Below, one piece after another: positions 48,614 through 56,873 of a stretch of DNA of 64,000 nucleotides. Each line of letters begins with the position of its first letter. Within the stretch, counting starts at the first letter, position 1. The stretch lies in the UHGV virus genome UHGV-0371278; one strand, 5' to 3'. The position numbers and the translations under genes were made by a program. The notes beneath the pieces were generated by a model. It saw only the letters and a list, made by a program, of their open reading frames with translations. It was not told the DNA's origin and made no database searches. Source of the DNA: a virus.

Positions 48614-50059
48614 TTAGAAGTCGAAGAAGCCTTTGGGCTTCCGGATCGGCAGAATGGCCGACATAATCACCGAGTCAGCGATGTTCGGCGACTTGATCTT
48701 GCGTTTCTCGCGCATATCCTTCTTGGACTCGACTTTGAACCGGCCGTTCATGTCCAGGTCTTTGCGCGGCGACGAAAGTTCGATACACAGCTGATTTAGT
48801 TTGTCCGGGTGAATCGTTTCAGAGTTGATCGAGATCAATTCGTCAAATGGATAAACCTTTCCATGCTCAACCGCTTCATAAGTCTTCCGGAATCTGGTCG
48901 CGACTTCTTCCCACTTCTGCGCCTTGATGTTGCTGAAGTGGTCTTTGTTCTTGATCGTCGTGTGCGGCAGCTTCATGTAAACGTCATCAGGCTTATCGAC
49001 AGCGCCACCCGCATTGAATGGATCATAGATCAGTTTGAAGTCGGGGCTGGCATCGTTCAACTCGGCAAACTTCGAACCGACGTGGGCGCCGACGCCGATG
49101 GAGTCATAAGTGACCGAGGCGCCTTTCATCTTCGCAAGATTGTAAACGCGACTGGACGACTTAAGCAGCTCATCTTCCAGACCATCCCATTCGTCCACTT
49201 CCATGATGACGTTGCCGTGCATGAGAGTAGTGGCGTTCGCATCCTCGCCGTCGTCCGCAACGTCGAAGCCGATGCGCTTCGATCCGGCCGGCTCCCAGCC
49301 GAGTTTCTTGTGGGCGTCGATGGCCGCGAAAATGAACTTGAGGTTGATGACGGATTTGTCGCCTCCAGTCTTCGGAATCCCGCCATAAATGTGCTCGGCC
49401 TGCTCCCGGTCGCGTTCATAGGCTTCGTGAATCACTTTGAGCATCGTCTCGCTTAGGAACGGATTTTCGTTCCAGTTGATCATCTTGACGCAGGAGTCTT
49501 TCGGTGGTTTGACCACGAAGTTCTGATACACGAAATCGGTGACTTCGTTAGGGTTGAAGATGATCCAGATTTCAGAGTTTTCTTTCCGGATGGTCGGCTC
49601 GATAACTTCCCACTGCTCCTGTGTCAGGTAGTGAGCTTCCTCAAGCCAGAGAATGTCGATGCCTTCGGTGGACTTGATTTCCGACAGGTTACGGGCGATC
49701 CCATAAAACAGGAACTCTGAGCCGGTAATCTTGTGCTTGATGGAGTTCTTGGTGAAGATGAATTCGCCATTATACTCTGAGTTTTCGATCTTGTCCTTGA
49801 CCAACGTGTAGACCGATTCGCTGATGCGGTTCTGAAACTGGCGAGCACAGAGGAACTTGAGTCTATAGTTGGCCGCGAGGTAAACGGCGATACCGCCTGC
49901 GTCGTGTGACTTCGAAGACGCCCGGCCGCCATAAATGACTTTGTAACGGGCGCGAGTTCGCCAGACCGCTCGCAGTGCAGGGTTGAGTTTGTACATTCTA
50001 ATCAATCCGGTGTTAGCAATAGGTCGAGTATATCGACGCCGCAACAGACGGTCGAGCAC
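48614..50059 (-). CDS. terminase large subunit (PBSX/Terminase_3-like)
   Basis: KLNPALRAVW...ARYKVIYGGRASSKS Walker A; DILWLEEAHY; GTG start at 50059 (alternative ATG 49996). Confidence 0.85.
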   Translation of the reverse strand: MLDRLLRRRYTRPIANTGLIRMYKLNPALRAVWRTRARYKVIYGGRASSKSHDAGGIAVYLAANYRLKFLCARQFQNRISESVYTLVKDKIENSEYNGEFIFTKNSIKHKITGSEFLFYGIARNLSEIKSTEGIDILWLEEAHYLTQEQWEVIEPTIRKENSEIWIIFNPNEVTDFVYQNFVVKPPKDSCVKMINWNENPFLSETMLKVIHEAYERDREQAEHIYGGIPKTGGDKSVINLKFIFAAIDAHKKLGWEPAGSKRIGFDVADDGEDANATTLMHGNVIMEVDEWDGLEDELLKSSSRVYNLAKMKGASVTYDSIGVGAHVGSKFAELNDASPDFKLIYDPFNAGGAVDKPDDVYMKLPHTTIKNKDHFSNIKAQKWEEVATRFRKTYEAVEHGKVYPFDELISINSETIHPDKLNQLCIELSSPRKDLDMNGRFKVESKKDMREKRKIKSPNIADSVIMSAILPIRKPKGFFDF

Positions 50060-50097
50060 AACCGTTCGTCGGTGAAAATAATTTTCTCACTCAGACA

Positions 50098-50127
50098 CTT
50101 TACTTCCATTCTGACCAACGGCATAAT
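50098..50127 (+). promoter_or_regulatory. early promoter TTTACT-17-CATAAT
   Basis: repeat family; leader CTCTTCATCGAAACGAAC follows. Confidence 0.45.
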
Positions 50128-50166
50128 CTCTTCATCGAAACGAACAAACACCTGGAGGGTAAGACG

Positions 50167-50325
50167 ATGAACGCAAACCAGCAAATAGAAGCATTCTTCC
50201 TGGCTCGCAAAGCGGAAGGGTGCGGCAATAGCAGAGCCTTGGATGCGACCGTCGAGCACTTCGCACAATACAACCCTATGTACGTGCGGACTCACATTCG
50301 CCACTGCGCGCTTTGGGATACCTAA
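50167..50325 (+). CDS. hypothetical small protein (52 aa, below ORF-track cutoff)
   Basis: GGAGGG RBS 7 nt upstream; promoter and leader upstream. Confidence 0.4.
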   Translation: MNANQQIEAFFLARKAEGCGNSRALDATVEHFAQYNPMYVRTHIRHCALWDT

Positions 50326-50415
50326 TCAACATTCGGATGCGGACACGCCTTCCATGGGAGGAAATATTCCTGACGAACAGACCGCTCGTCCACTTTGAGA
50401 AATATTTCACAATTC

Positions 50416-50447
50416 TGCTTTACTTCCATTCTGAATAGCGTCATAAT
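50416..50447 (+). promoter_or_regulatory. early promoter TGCTTTACTT-17-CATAAT
   Basis: repeat family; leader CTCTTCATCGAAACGCGAAAC. Confidence 0.45.
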
Positions 50448-50492
50448 CTCTTCATCGAAACGCGAAACACTCCAAAACAGAGGAACGCAGAA

Positions 50493-50744
50493 ATGACCAA
50501 ATCCAAATGGAACATCGGCAGAAACGACACCATCGCAGTCGAGGCCGTAAACAGCCGCGAAGACTTCCGCTGGAATGGCAAGATTCGCGTCATCCACTAC
50601 AGCGCCGGTCAAATCGTCAACATCATCGAGTTCTATCACCACGACCTGGACTGGGCGATCAAGAATTTCGGCATCAAGCTCAAGGCCATCTCCAAGGGCC
50701 TGGAAATCCTCCACACCTGCTACTTCGGGAAGTATGTCAAGTGA
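50493..50744 (+). CDS. hypothetical protein
   Basis: RBS CAGAGGAAC. Confidence 0.5.
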   Translation: MTKSKWNIGRNDTIAVEAVNSREDFRWNGKIRVIHYSAGQIVNIIEFYHHDLDWAIKNFGIKLKAISKGLEILHTCYFGKYVK

Positions 50745-50941
50745 TCGTCCAATTCGATTCCCAAGAAGAGAAAATCATCAGCCTGAGAACGCTGTCCAAG
50801 TATCGTCGCGCCGGTGGCAAGTTCGCGCCGGTGGACGGAACTCAGACCGGTCCCTGGGGTCCAGTAGACAACGCGCTCTGGGCGAAGTTCGAAGCCGAAG
50901 TCAGGGCAGAATACATCCGCAAACAGGAGCGTAAAGCATGA
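50741..50941 (+). CDS. hypothetical protein (GTG start)
   Basis: GTGA overlap with upstream stop. Confidence 0.35.
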   Translation: MIVQFDSQEEKIISLRTLSKYRRAGGKFAPVDGTQTGPWGPVDNALWAKFEAEVRAEYIRKQERKA

Positions 50942-51153
50942 TCAAGCAAGACCTGTACAAGCAGATCGCCTTCGCGGCGATTGGCTCCGGCATCAAGATG
51001 TTCGTCAAGCTGTACTGCAACGACACCATCCTGGAAGTCATCGGCGTCGAGGAAGCCCACATTGATGGGACGACTCGGCTTCGTTACACTGGCTACGCAG
51101 ATGGAATTGGTTTTAACTTCTTCGCCGACGAAATTGACGTGGTGATGGTATGA
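50938..51153 (+). CDS. hypothetical protein
   Basis: ATGA coupling. Confidence 0.45.
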   Translation: MIKQDLYKQIAFAAIGSGIKMFVKLYCNDTILEVIGVEEAHIDGTTRLRYTGYADGIGFNFFADEIDVVMV

Positions 51154-51362
51154 GTTGCCATTCGATGTTCGACTTTGAAGTCGATTTCAATAGCGCCACC
51201 AATAGCGCCACCAATAGCGCCACCATGGAGATCGATCCCGGCTCATTCTATGTAGGCTTCGGGTTTGGCGCGACTGCTCTGTCAGTCCTGATCTATGTAG
51301 ATGGAGTATGGGTGAGCGAACGGACGGCATGGATTCCAGATCCAAAGGAAATATCGCCATGA
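51150..51362 (+). CDS. hypothetical protein with NSAT x3 tandem repeat
   Basis: ATGA coupling; AATAGCGCCACC x3. Confidence 0.4.
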   Translation: MSCHSMFDFEVDFNSATNSATNSATMEIDPGSFYVGFGFGATALSVLIYVDGVWVSERTAWIPDPKEISP

Positions 51363-51571
51363 GCAAGCGCAAAAACGATCAAGGCGGCTGGGCGCAACCC
51401 GGCGCTGCTCGCAAAGTCCACTTCTTCACGGCGGACGGCCGCAGTCTGTGCAAGCGCTGGCTGTACTTCGGCAAGATTTACAACGAGCTGCCTGATCTGG
51501 AAATCACCTGCGCGATATGCGAGAAGAAGCGCCAGAGTCCTTTCGAGAAATACTGCGACACCATTCTCTAA
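51359..51571 (+). CDS. hypothetical Cys-containing small protein
   Basis: ATGA coupling. Confidence 0.4.
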   Translation: MSKRKNDQGGWAQPGAARKVHFFTADGRSLCKRWLYFGKIYNELPDLEITCAICEKKRQSPFEKYCDTIL

Positions 51572-51602
51572 CTTTCAAATCTTCCAAAACCGAGGAACAG
51601 TT

Positions 51603-52247
51603 ATGAAACTCTACCATGCAAAAGTCAGCCCTCCATCCTTCTATCGCCACAACCAGACCGACGAAGAGCGGAAAGCCTTGGAAGCGGAATATGTCAGCAA
51701 GCTCCATGTTCTACTGGGGAACCTGGAAGGCGTAACAATCGGGAATCCTGGTGAGCGGAACTGGGAGCCGTCCACCTGGAGCAACGACGTTCCCGTGGTG
51801 TGTAATGAAATCGGCCTGGGCCGTCTGACCGCTTCAGCCTGGGATCTGGACAATGACTATCCGTACACCATCATCAGCCTGGTCCTTCTCTGGGACGACG
51901 TTGACCCGGAAGCTGCTCTGCGACCCATGTTGGAACGCCTGGAGCTGGCCGCGAGCCGGTTGGCTGGCAGGTCCGAAGGCTACATCAACCAACCGCAGAT
52001 GGTGCACGGAATCGAGGGCTGGAATTCACTCACCGGTTCGGCTATTCCTGGCCCGAACCTCCAGAACGTCAACCGTCTTCTGCTCAAGGAAGACTGCTGC
52101 ACGGACGAACTCCAGAATGCCCTGGACGCAGGATGGCGCCTTCTCGCCGTATGTCCGCAGGAAGCGCGTCGGCCCGACTACATCCTGGGTCGATTCGATC
52201 CTGTCCCGCCGACCGGACCGCGTGGTGCGGACAGGAGCATCGATTAA
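51603..52247 (+). CDS. hypothetical protein
   Basis: RBS CCGAGGAAC. Confidence 0.5.
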   Translation: MKLYHAKVSPPSFYRHNQTDEERKALEAEYVSKLHVLLGNLEGVTIGNPGERNWEPSTWSNDVPVVCNEIGLGRLTASAWDLDNDYPYTIISLVLLWDDVDPEAALRPMLERLELAASRLAGRSEGYINQPQMVHGIEGWNSLTGSAIPGPNLQNVNRLLLKEDCCTDELQNALDAGWRLLAVCPQEARRPDYILGRFDPVPPTGPRGADRSID

Positions 52248-52574
52248 ATGACCATGGTAGGCCCGGCTGGCAAGCGCTACTGGCTTCGGTATGAAACCAG
52301 ATACTGGGAGTGTCTTGACGGACAAACCCTGCGGCTGGTCTTCGTCATCAACGGTCGCCGGTACGAGGTCAATCGACGAGTGAATGTCGACATCCTGTCC
52401 AGTCGGCGCAGGTTTGAATCTTTCGGCCGAGTCCTGGCAAGGATGGAAATAAGCTTGTGGTTCGCAGTGTGCGAGCAAGAAGGTCCATGGCGCGGTAGCG
52501 TAGCCATAAGCGATACCGCACTTTGGTTCCACCTGACGGGAGAATTGGTACACAAATGCTTTACTCGGCGGTGA
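52248..52574 (+). CDS. hypothetical protein
   Basis: TAAATG coupling. Confidence 0.4.
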   Translation: MTMVGPAGKRYWLRYETRYWECLDGQTLRLVFVINGRRYEVNRRVNVDILSSRRRFESFGRVLARMEISLWFAVCEQEGPWRGSVAISDTALWFHLTGELVHKCFTRR

Positions 52575-52578
52575 GAAT
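52546..52578 (+). promoter_or_regulatory. early promoter TGCTTTACTC-18-CATAAT (lies within 3' end of upstream ORF)
   Basis: repeat family. Confidence 0.4.
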
Positions 52579-52639
52579 CATGGCATAATCTCTTCACCGG
52601 CTGAGAAGTCGGACCCGAAGTCCAAAAAGGAATCTCGAA

Positions 52640-52864
52640 ATGTACAGAACTCCCTCGTCCAAATTCACGTTCATCTGCAACGGACTCGCCCAGAGTACTG
52701 AAGTGACGGTCCTGCTCCGGACGCAGAAACCGGAAGACGTATGGGTGGTGGACGAAGCTCCATCCGCTGATCTGATTCGTATTCACGAACGCAGCAACAA
52801 ACGCCGTCGCCGTACCATCAAAATCATCGACGTGGACTCCGTGTCCATCCTTCACAAACGTTAA
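52640..52864 (+). CDS. hypothetical protein
   Basis: RBS AAAAGGAA. Confidence 0.45.
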   Translation: MYRTPSSKFTFICNGLAQSTEVTVLLRTQKPEDVWVVDEAPSADLIRIHERSNKRRRRTIKIIDVDSVSILHKR

Positions 52865-52916
52865 TCCATCGGCGCGGTCGGGATCGTTCTGGCCGCGCCT
52901 TCCACAGGAGGTTATT

Positions 52917-53144
52917 ATGGCCAAGGTTATGTTGGCTTGTGAACTGACCGTAGGCGACGAAATACTCACCCATGTGGACGACAGTGACCCCATTCGGCGT
53001 CGAGCCATAGTCCTGCGCACCAGTCCTGCTCCGAACAACAAAATAAGCGTCGGACTGTCAGCACTTATCGGCGGTGAGTGGAAGGACTTCGGGATTAAAC
53101 TCAGAAGTGACTACCCAACCATCATCTGGAACTCAATCGAATAG
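52917..53144 (+). CDS. hypothetical protein (paralogue of next gene)
   Basis: RBS AGGAGG; MAKVMLACELTVGDEIL...RRAIVL. Confidence 0.5.
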   Translation: MAKVMLACELTVGDEILTHVDDSDPIRRRAIVLRTSPAPNNKISVGLSALIGGEWKDFGIKLRSDYPTIIWNSIE

Positions 53145-53153
53145 GAGAACGAC

Positions 53154-53375
53154 ATGGCAAAAGTAGTAAGGGTGGACGAACTCAAAACGGGCGACGAGAT
53201 TCTGATCAAGCTCAGTCCCGACAGCGCAGCAAGGAACAGGGCCATCGTCCTGTCGGTCGAACTATGGCGTGGTGAAGTAACTCTGGAGTTGACCTGCCCG
53301 GTCGGCGACTACTGGGAAGACTGGCGCGGGAAATATGTCGAGTACACCAAAGTCGTCCTGATGAAGCGCGACTAA
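53154..53375 (+). CDS. hypothetical protein (paralogue of previous gene)
   Basis: RBS TAGGAGAA; MAKVVRVDELKTGDEIL...RNRAIVL. Confidence 0.5.
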   Translation: MAKVVRVDELKTGDEILIKLSPDSAARNRAIVLSVELWRGEVTLELTCPVGDYWEDWRGKYVEYTKVVLMKRD

Positions 53376-53423
53376 CGACTAGCCTCTGCCATTCGGTGGA
53401 GGCTTCACCATGGGAGATCATTG

Positions 53424-53741
53424 ATGCCTGACAAAGAACAAACAGCAAATGCTCATTACTGGGTGACGGTCAGTCCGACCGATCTGTCAAGCGCGTCGGC
53501 CGCGCAGCGACTCTGCGAAACGATCAATCTGAACATGACGCGAGGCGTCGCAGCCTACATCAAGTTCTACGGCTCGAAAGGCGAAGCATTGGTGACGCGA
53601 GTCATTCCGCACCAGTGCGAACTCTTCGTGAATGACGAGTCCGGAACGAATCGTCGCCGGACTGCGATGATGATCGAGTACATACGCTTCAAAGTTCCGG
53701 CCGGAATGTCTCTGGTCGAGCATACCAAGCAACCTTACTGA
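53424..53741 (+). CDS. hypothetical protein
   Basis: RBS GGGAGA. Confidence 0.45.
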   Translation: MPDKEQTANAHYWVTVSPTDLSSASAAQRLCETINLNMTRGVAAYIKFYGSKGEALVTRVIPHQCELFVNDESGTNRRRTAMMIEYIRFKVPAGMSLVEHTKQPY

Positions 53742-53750
53742 GGGCGCATC

Positions 53751-54356
53751 ATGCTATACATCTGGGAAGATCAAGATATCCATCACGGAACTGAAACTCT
53801 GGCGTTCGTCGGCGAGGAAAAGTCACCCTTTTGGATCACGGAATTCAAACGCGGTAATCTGTTCGCCATCATCGAGGATGGAACCGGCCATATCATGGTT
53901 GGTCCGTTGACCAGCGAAGCGACAGCGGAATGGCTAACGCTGAACGGCCACGTGCCTGCCGAGATTAGCCACGGTCCTGGGAAGTACAAGAACCCGTATG
54001 TATGGGCAGATTCCATCGCCCTGAAAACGCTGGCGAACCATCAGAACATGCGCTGCGTCACCAGGCCAATCGTTGGCGTCGATCCCGCAGAACCGGGCAA
54101 CGACACGACAGTTCACTACGAGCCGAAAGAACCGAGCCTTCCCGACCTCCCAGAAGGGCCGATGTCTCCACCAGCTCCGCCCGCGCCTCCAGTGCCGAAA
54201 GCACCAAAAGCTCCGCCCGCGCCTCCGGCACCGCAGGTAAGCAGGCGGCCTGAACCGCTGGGGCTTCGGTCCGGGGCCATCCCGTCCAGTCCGTCGCCCG
54301 CGTCGGACAACGATAAGCCTGGCGACCTGCCTGTCGAGCCGATCCCGACCTTCTGA
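53751..54356 (+). CDS. hypothetical protein with Pro-rich C-terminal region
   Basis: PPAPPAPPVPKAPKAPPAPPAP. Confidence 0.5.
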   Translation: MLYIWEDQDIHHGTETLAFVGEEKSPFWITEFKRGNLFAIIEDGTGHIMVGPLTSEATAEWLTLNGHVPAEISHGPGKYKNPYVWADSIALKTLANHQNMRCVTRPIVGVDPAEPGNDTTVHYEPKEPSLPDLPEGPMSPPAPPAPPVPKAPKAPPAPPAPQVSRRPEPLGLRSGAIPSSPSPASDNDKPGDLPVEPIPTF

Positions 54357-54446
54357 CCGTCGCAGCATCGTCCAGAAAACACCGCAGCCTGTCCTGCGGT
54401 GTTTTCACATCCGACAACCGTTCGTCGGGTTCGTCGTCATTATGCT

Positions 54447-54475
54447 GAAATAAATGTAGACACGCAGCATCGACC
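54447..54475 (+). promoter_or_regulatory. promoter TAGACA-17-CATAAT
   Basis: -10 and leader resemble repeat family. Confidence 0.4.
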
Positions 54476-54547
54476 TAGGCATAATCTCTTTCAACGGGGC
54501 GACAAACTGAAGCCCGAACGAAATCTTCCAAAACAGAGGATCGCAAA

Positions 54548-55162
54548 ATGACCAACTCCATCAAAACCTTCGGCGACATCCAGAACGCAGAAATGAAAGA
54601 ACTGGTCGCCTTCTACAACGCCCACAACGCCGATGCGACTGTCAAGCGCTTCTCCGACCGCAAGACCGCCGAGCGTCGCTGCCTCGCCATCCTGAACGCT
54701 CTGCCGGCCGAGGAAGAAGCCTTCCAGGAAGAGGAAGTCCCGGCAAAGGTTTACAAAACCCGCACTTCCAAGAAGAAGGAAGAAGAGAAGGCCGAGGAAG
54801 AAAATCTGAAGCCGGAGGAAGAGGTCACCGAAGAGGAAGCGCTGGAAGAAATCCGGAAGATGCGCGAAGAGGCGAAGAAAGCGCCAGAGAAGGTCAAAGA
54901 GACCAAAGACCTGTCAGCAGCCATCGCCAACTCCTGGAAAGACACGGAAGTCGCCCGCAAGCGCACCCAGCGTCATGGCGTGGCTGTAACCGTCAAAGGT
55001 AAACGCGGTGAGTTCCGGTCCACCAACGCAGCATTCATCGAGTTCGGCCTGCCCTCTTCGAAGCACATCCGCTTCCGCATGCAGCTGAAGGGGGCCGGCA
55101 AATTGACCTTCGAGCACGAAGGCGTCAAATACAACTTCGAAATCATCGAAGCTGGAGAATAA
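54548..55162 (+). CDS. hypothetical protein with Glu/Lys-rich central region
   Basis: RBS CAGAGGA. Confidence 0.5.
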   Translation: MTNSIKTFGDIQNAEMKELVAFYNAHNADATVKRFSDRKTAERRCLAILNALPAEEEAFQEEEVPAKVYKTRTSKKKEEEKAEEENLKPEEEVTEEEALEEIRKMREEAKKAPEKVKETKDLSAAIANSWKDTEVARKRTQRHGVAVTVKGKRGEFRSTNAAFIEFGLPSSKHIRFRMQLKGAGKLTFEHEGVKYNFEIIEAGE

Positions 55163-55174
55163 GAAACCCAAAAG

Positions 55175-55209
55175 AAAGCCCCGGATTCTGAACTAGAGTC
55201 CGGGGCTTT
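55175..55209 (+). terminator. rho-independent terminator
   Basis: AAAGCCCCGGA-13 nt loop-TCCGGGGCTTT. Confidence 0.55.
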
Positions 55210-55329
55210 GTCGCTTCTGATCGTTATTGGTCGGCTTCCTAGAACAGCCCTAGAATCGTTTTTCGTCCCTTCCCGCTACCGTCGCCTTAGTTCGGTCCGA
55301 TTCGGGCCTAGAACGATGTTATTTTATGT

Positions 55330-55902
55330 CTAAATGGGGTTGGCGCGGTCTTCCTCGGTCGGTTCCGGCGTCGGGGACGGGAAATCGCCCTCTTCGCCGT
55401 TCTGTACATAGCCATTGGCTTCGGCCGCTGCAGCGACGGTCGCGGTTTGAGCCTCGGCTTCCGATGCGTAGAAGTCTGCCAATCCGCGACCGATCCTGGT
55501 TTTGCCAGACTCGTCAACGAACGTGATTTCGGCCAGAACGTTCAATTCCTTGATGGCCGACAGACGGCTGGAGTCCTTGACAGTGGGATCGCGAACCATC
55601 TGGAGAAGTTCGTGAAGCGCCGTCTTTGGGTTCCACAGATCTGCTGTTCTGGTCGCATTCAGCTTGGCCTTGAACTGCTTGCGATAGTACGGGTTGGACT
55701 CCATTGCGAAGATGCGAGCCTGGGCCGGTCCGTCCATATGCTCTTCGCCCCAGATCGCCCGGAAGACCCGCCAGGAGCTATAGCCTTGAACGCGCAGGTC
55801 GATGTACAGATCGAAACGCTTCTGGTTGATCGCCGCGAACTGCGGATCAGCGAATTCTTGTGGCGTGACTAAATCGTCGGGTCTGTAGGATTTGGCGGTC
55901 AT
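55330..55902 (-). CDS. hypothetical protein, candidate terminase small subunit
   Basis: ~190 aa; weak resemblance to TerS HTH region (LRVQGYSSWRVF); long noncoding leader upstream; ATG 55902 chosen over Pro-rich upstream extension. Confidence 0.3.
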   Translation of the reverse strand: MTAKSYRPDDLVTPQEFADPQFAAINQKRFDLYIDLRVQGYSSWRVFRAIWGEEHMDGPAQARIFAMESNPYYRKQFKAKLNATRTADLWNPKTALHELLQMVRDPTVKDSSRLSAIKELNVLAEITFVDESGKTRIGRGLADFYASEAEAQTATVAAAAEANGYVQNGEEGDFPSPTPEPTEEDRANPI

Positions 55903-56389
55903 TTGTTGCTGCGTCCCTGGAGTTCGATTCTTGGACCATCGCGGTGGCTTGTTTGGCGGATGGGGCCTGGTGCTTTGCCGCGACACTGAGTATGGCGCGA
56001 TTGTACTATGGGGCCAGGGAGCACGTCTATGGGCTGCTGGTGGTTGGCCTGTAGGTCTGGGTGGGTTTGATGGTGAATGAGTGTTAGGTGGTGTTATAGG
56101 ATGTTATATGGGCGGTCCGCTGGCGAGTGAGGATCGGATTGGCTGGTGGCGGGCGATGGTGGCGGTGAGTGTTTGGATTGAATGTTAAATCGAATGTTAG
56201 GAATATGTCCAGATGAGCGATTCTGCCTTGTGGCCAAATTTCCGGTTCCGCTCGTCGAGTTTTGGTCACTGCCGCTTAGTCCGCCGTGGTGTTGCCGCTG
56301 CCCATGGTTTGGAAGGACGGAAGTTTCCGGCGACCCTGCCGCGAGTTGAGCGGAATCGGAAACTTGACTGGTAGTGTACAGGCTTAGTG

Positions 56390-56700
56390 CCGCGAGGCTT
56401 TCAAACCTAAAACCATAACAAATTACCAAATTCCCATTAATTTTATTAATTTTAAAGATAGGTAACGTACGTGATAGATTTTTTCTATTAGGATTGTGCA
56501 ATCGATTTTCGCTGTAGAATAGTTTTAAACCATGCTCGGAAAACTGGGAATTCGGGAAAACGGCCGCAAACCCACGCGGCAGTAGGCCTCCCGAATTCCC
56601 AGTCAGAATAGCAATCCAGGAATTTGCGGCTATTTCCCACAAAAAATCCACCTCAAACCCACAATTTCTCAACATTTCACGCAAAATCCAACCATCATAC
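56390..56700. repeat. second copy of AT-rich IR-flanked element (homologous to 38170..38570)
   Basis: shared GCGGCAGTAGGC, AATTTGCGGCTAT, CTTTCAA..CAAATTACCAA blocks. Confidence 0.5.
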
Positions 56701-56873
56701 ACTCCAGACCAATACCGAAAATCTATCAATTCCCCACAATACACCGCCGCCACAACACCCTAATTCCCACATAGCTTTCGAACCTCACCCGTTCACAGGC
56801 TAAATTAATGTTCTCCGCGCCAAAGAAAAGACCGCCCGAAGGCGGCCTAATCCAATCCATCTGCATCAGTACA

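Noticed and set aside
56094-56753. 219-aa minus ORF across the noncoding block
   Set aside because: C-terminal two thirds are S/P/H/Q/N low-complexity translation of the C/A-rich tract; no RBS; spans the AT-rich repeat element
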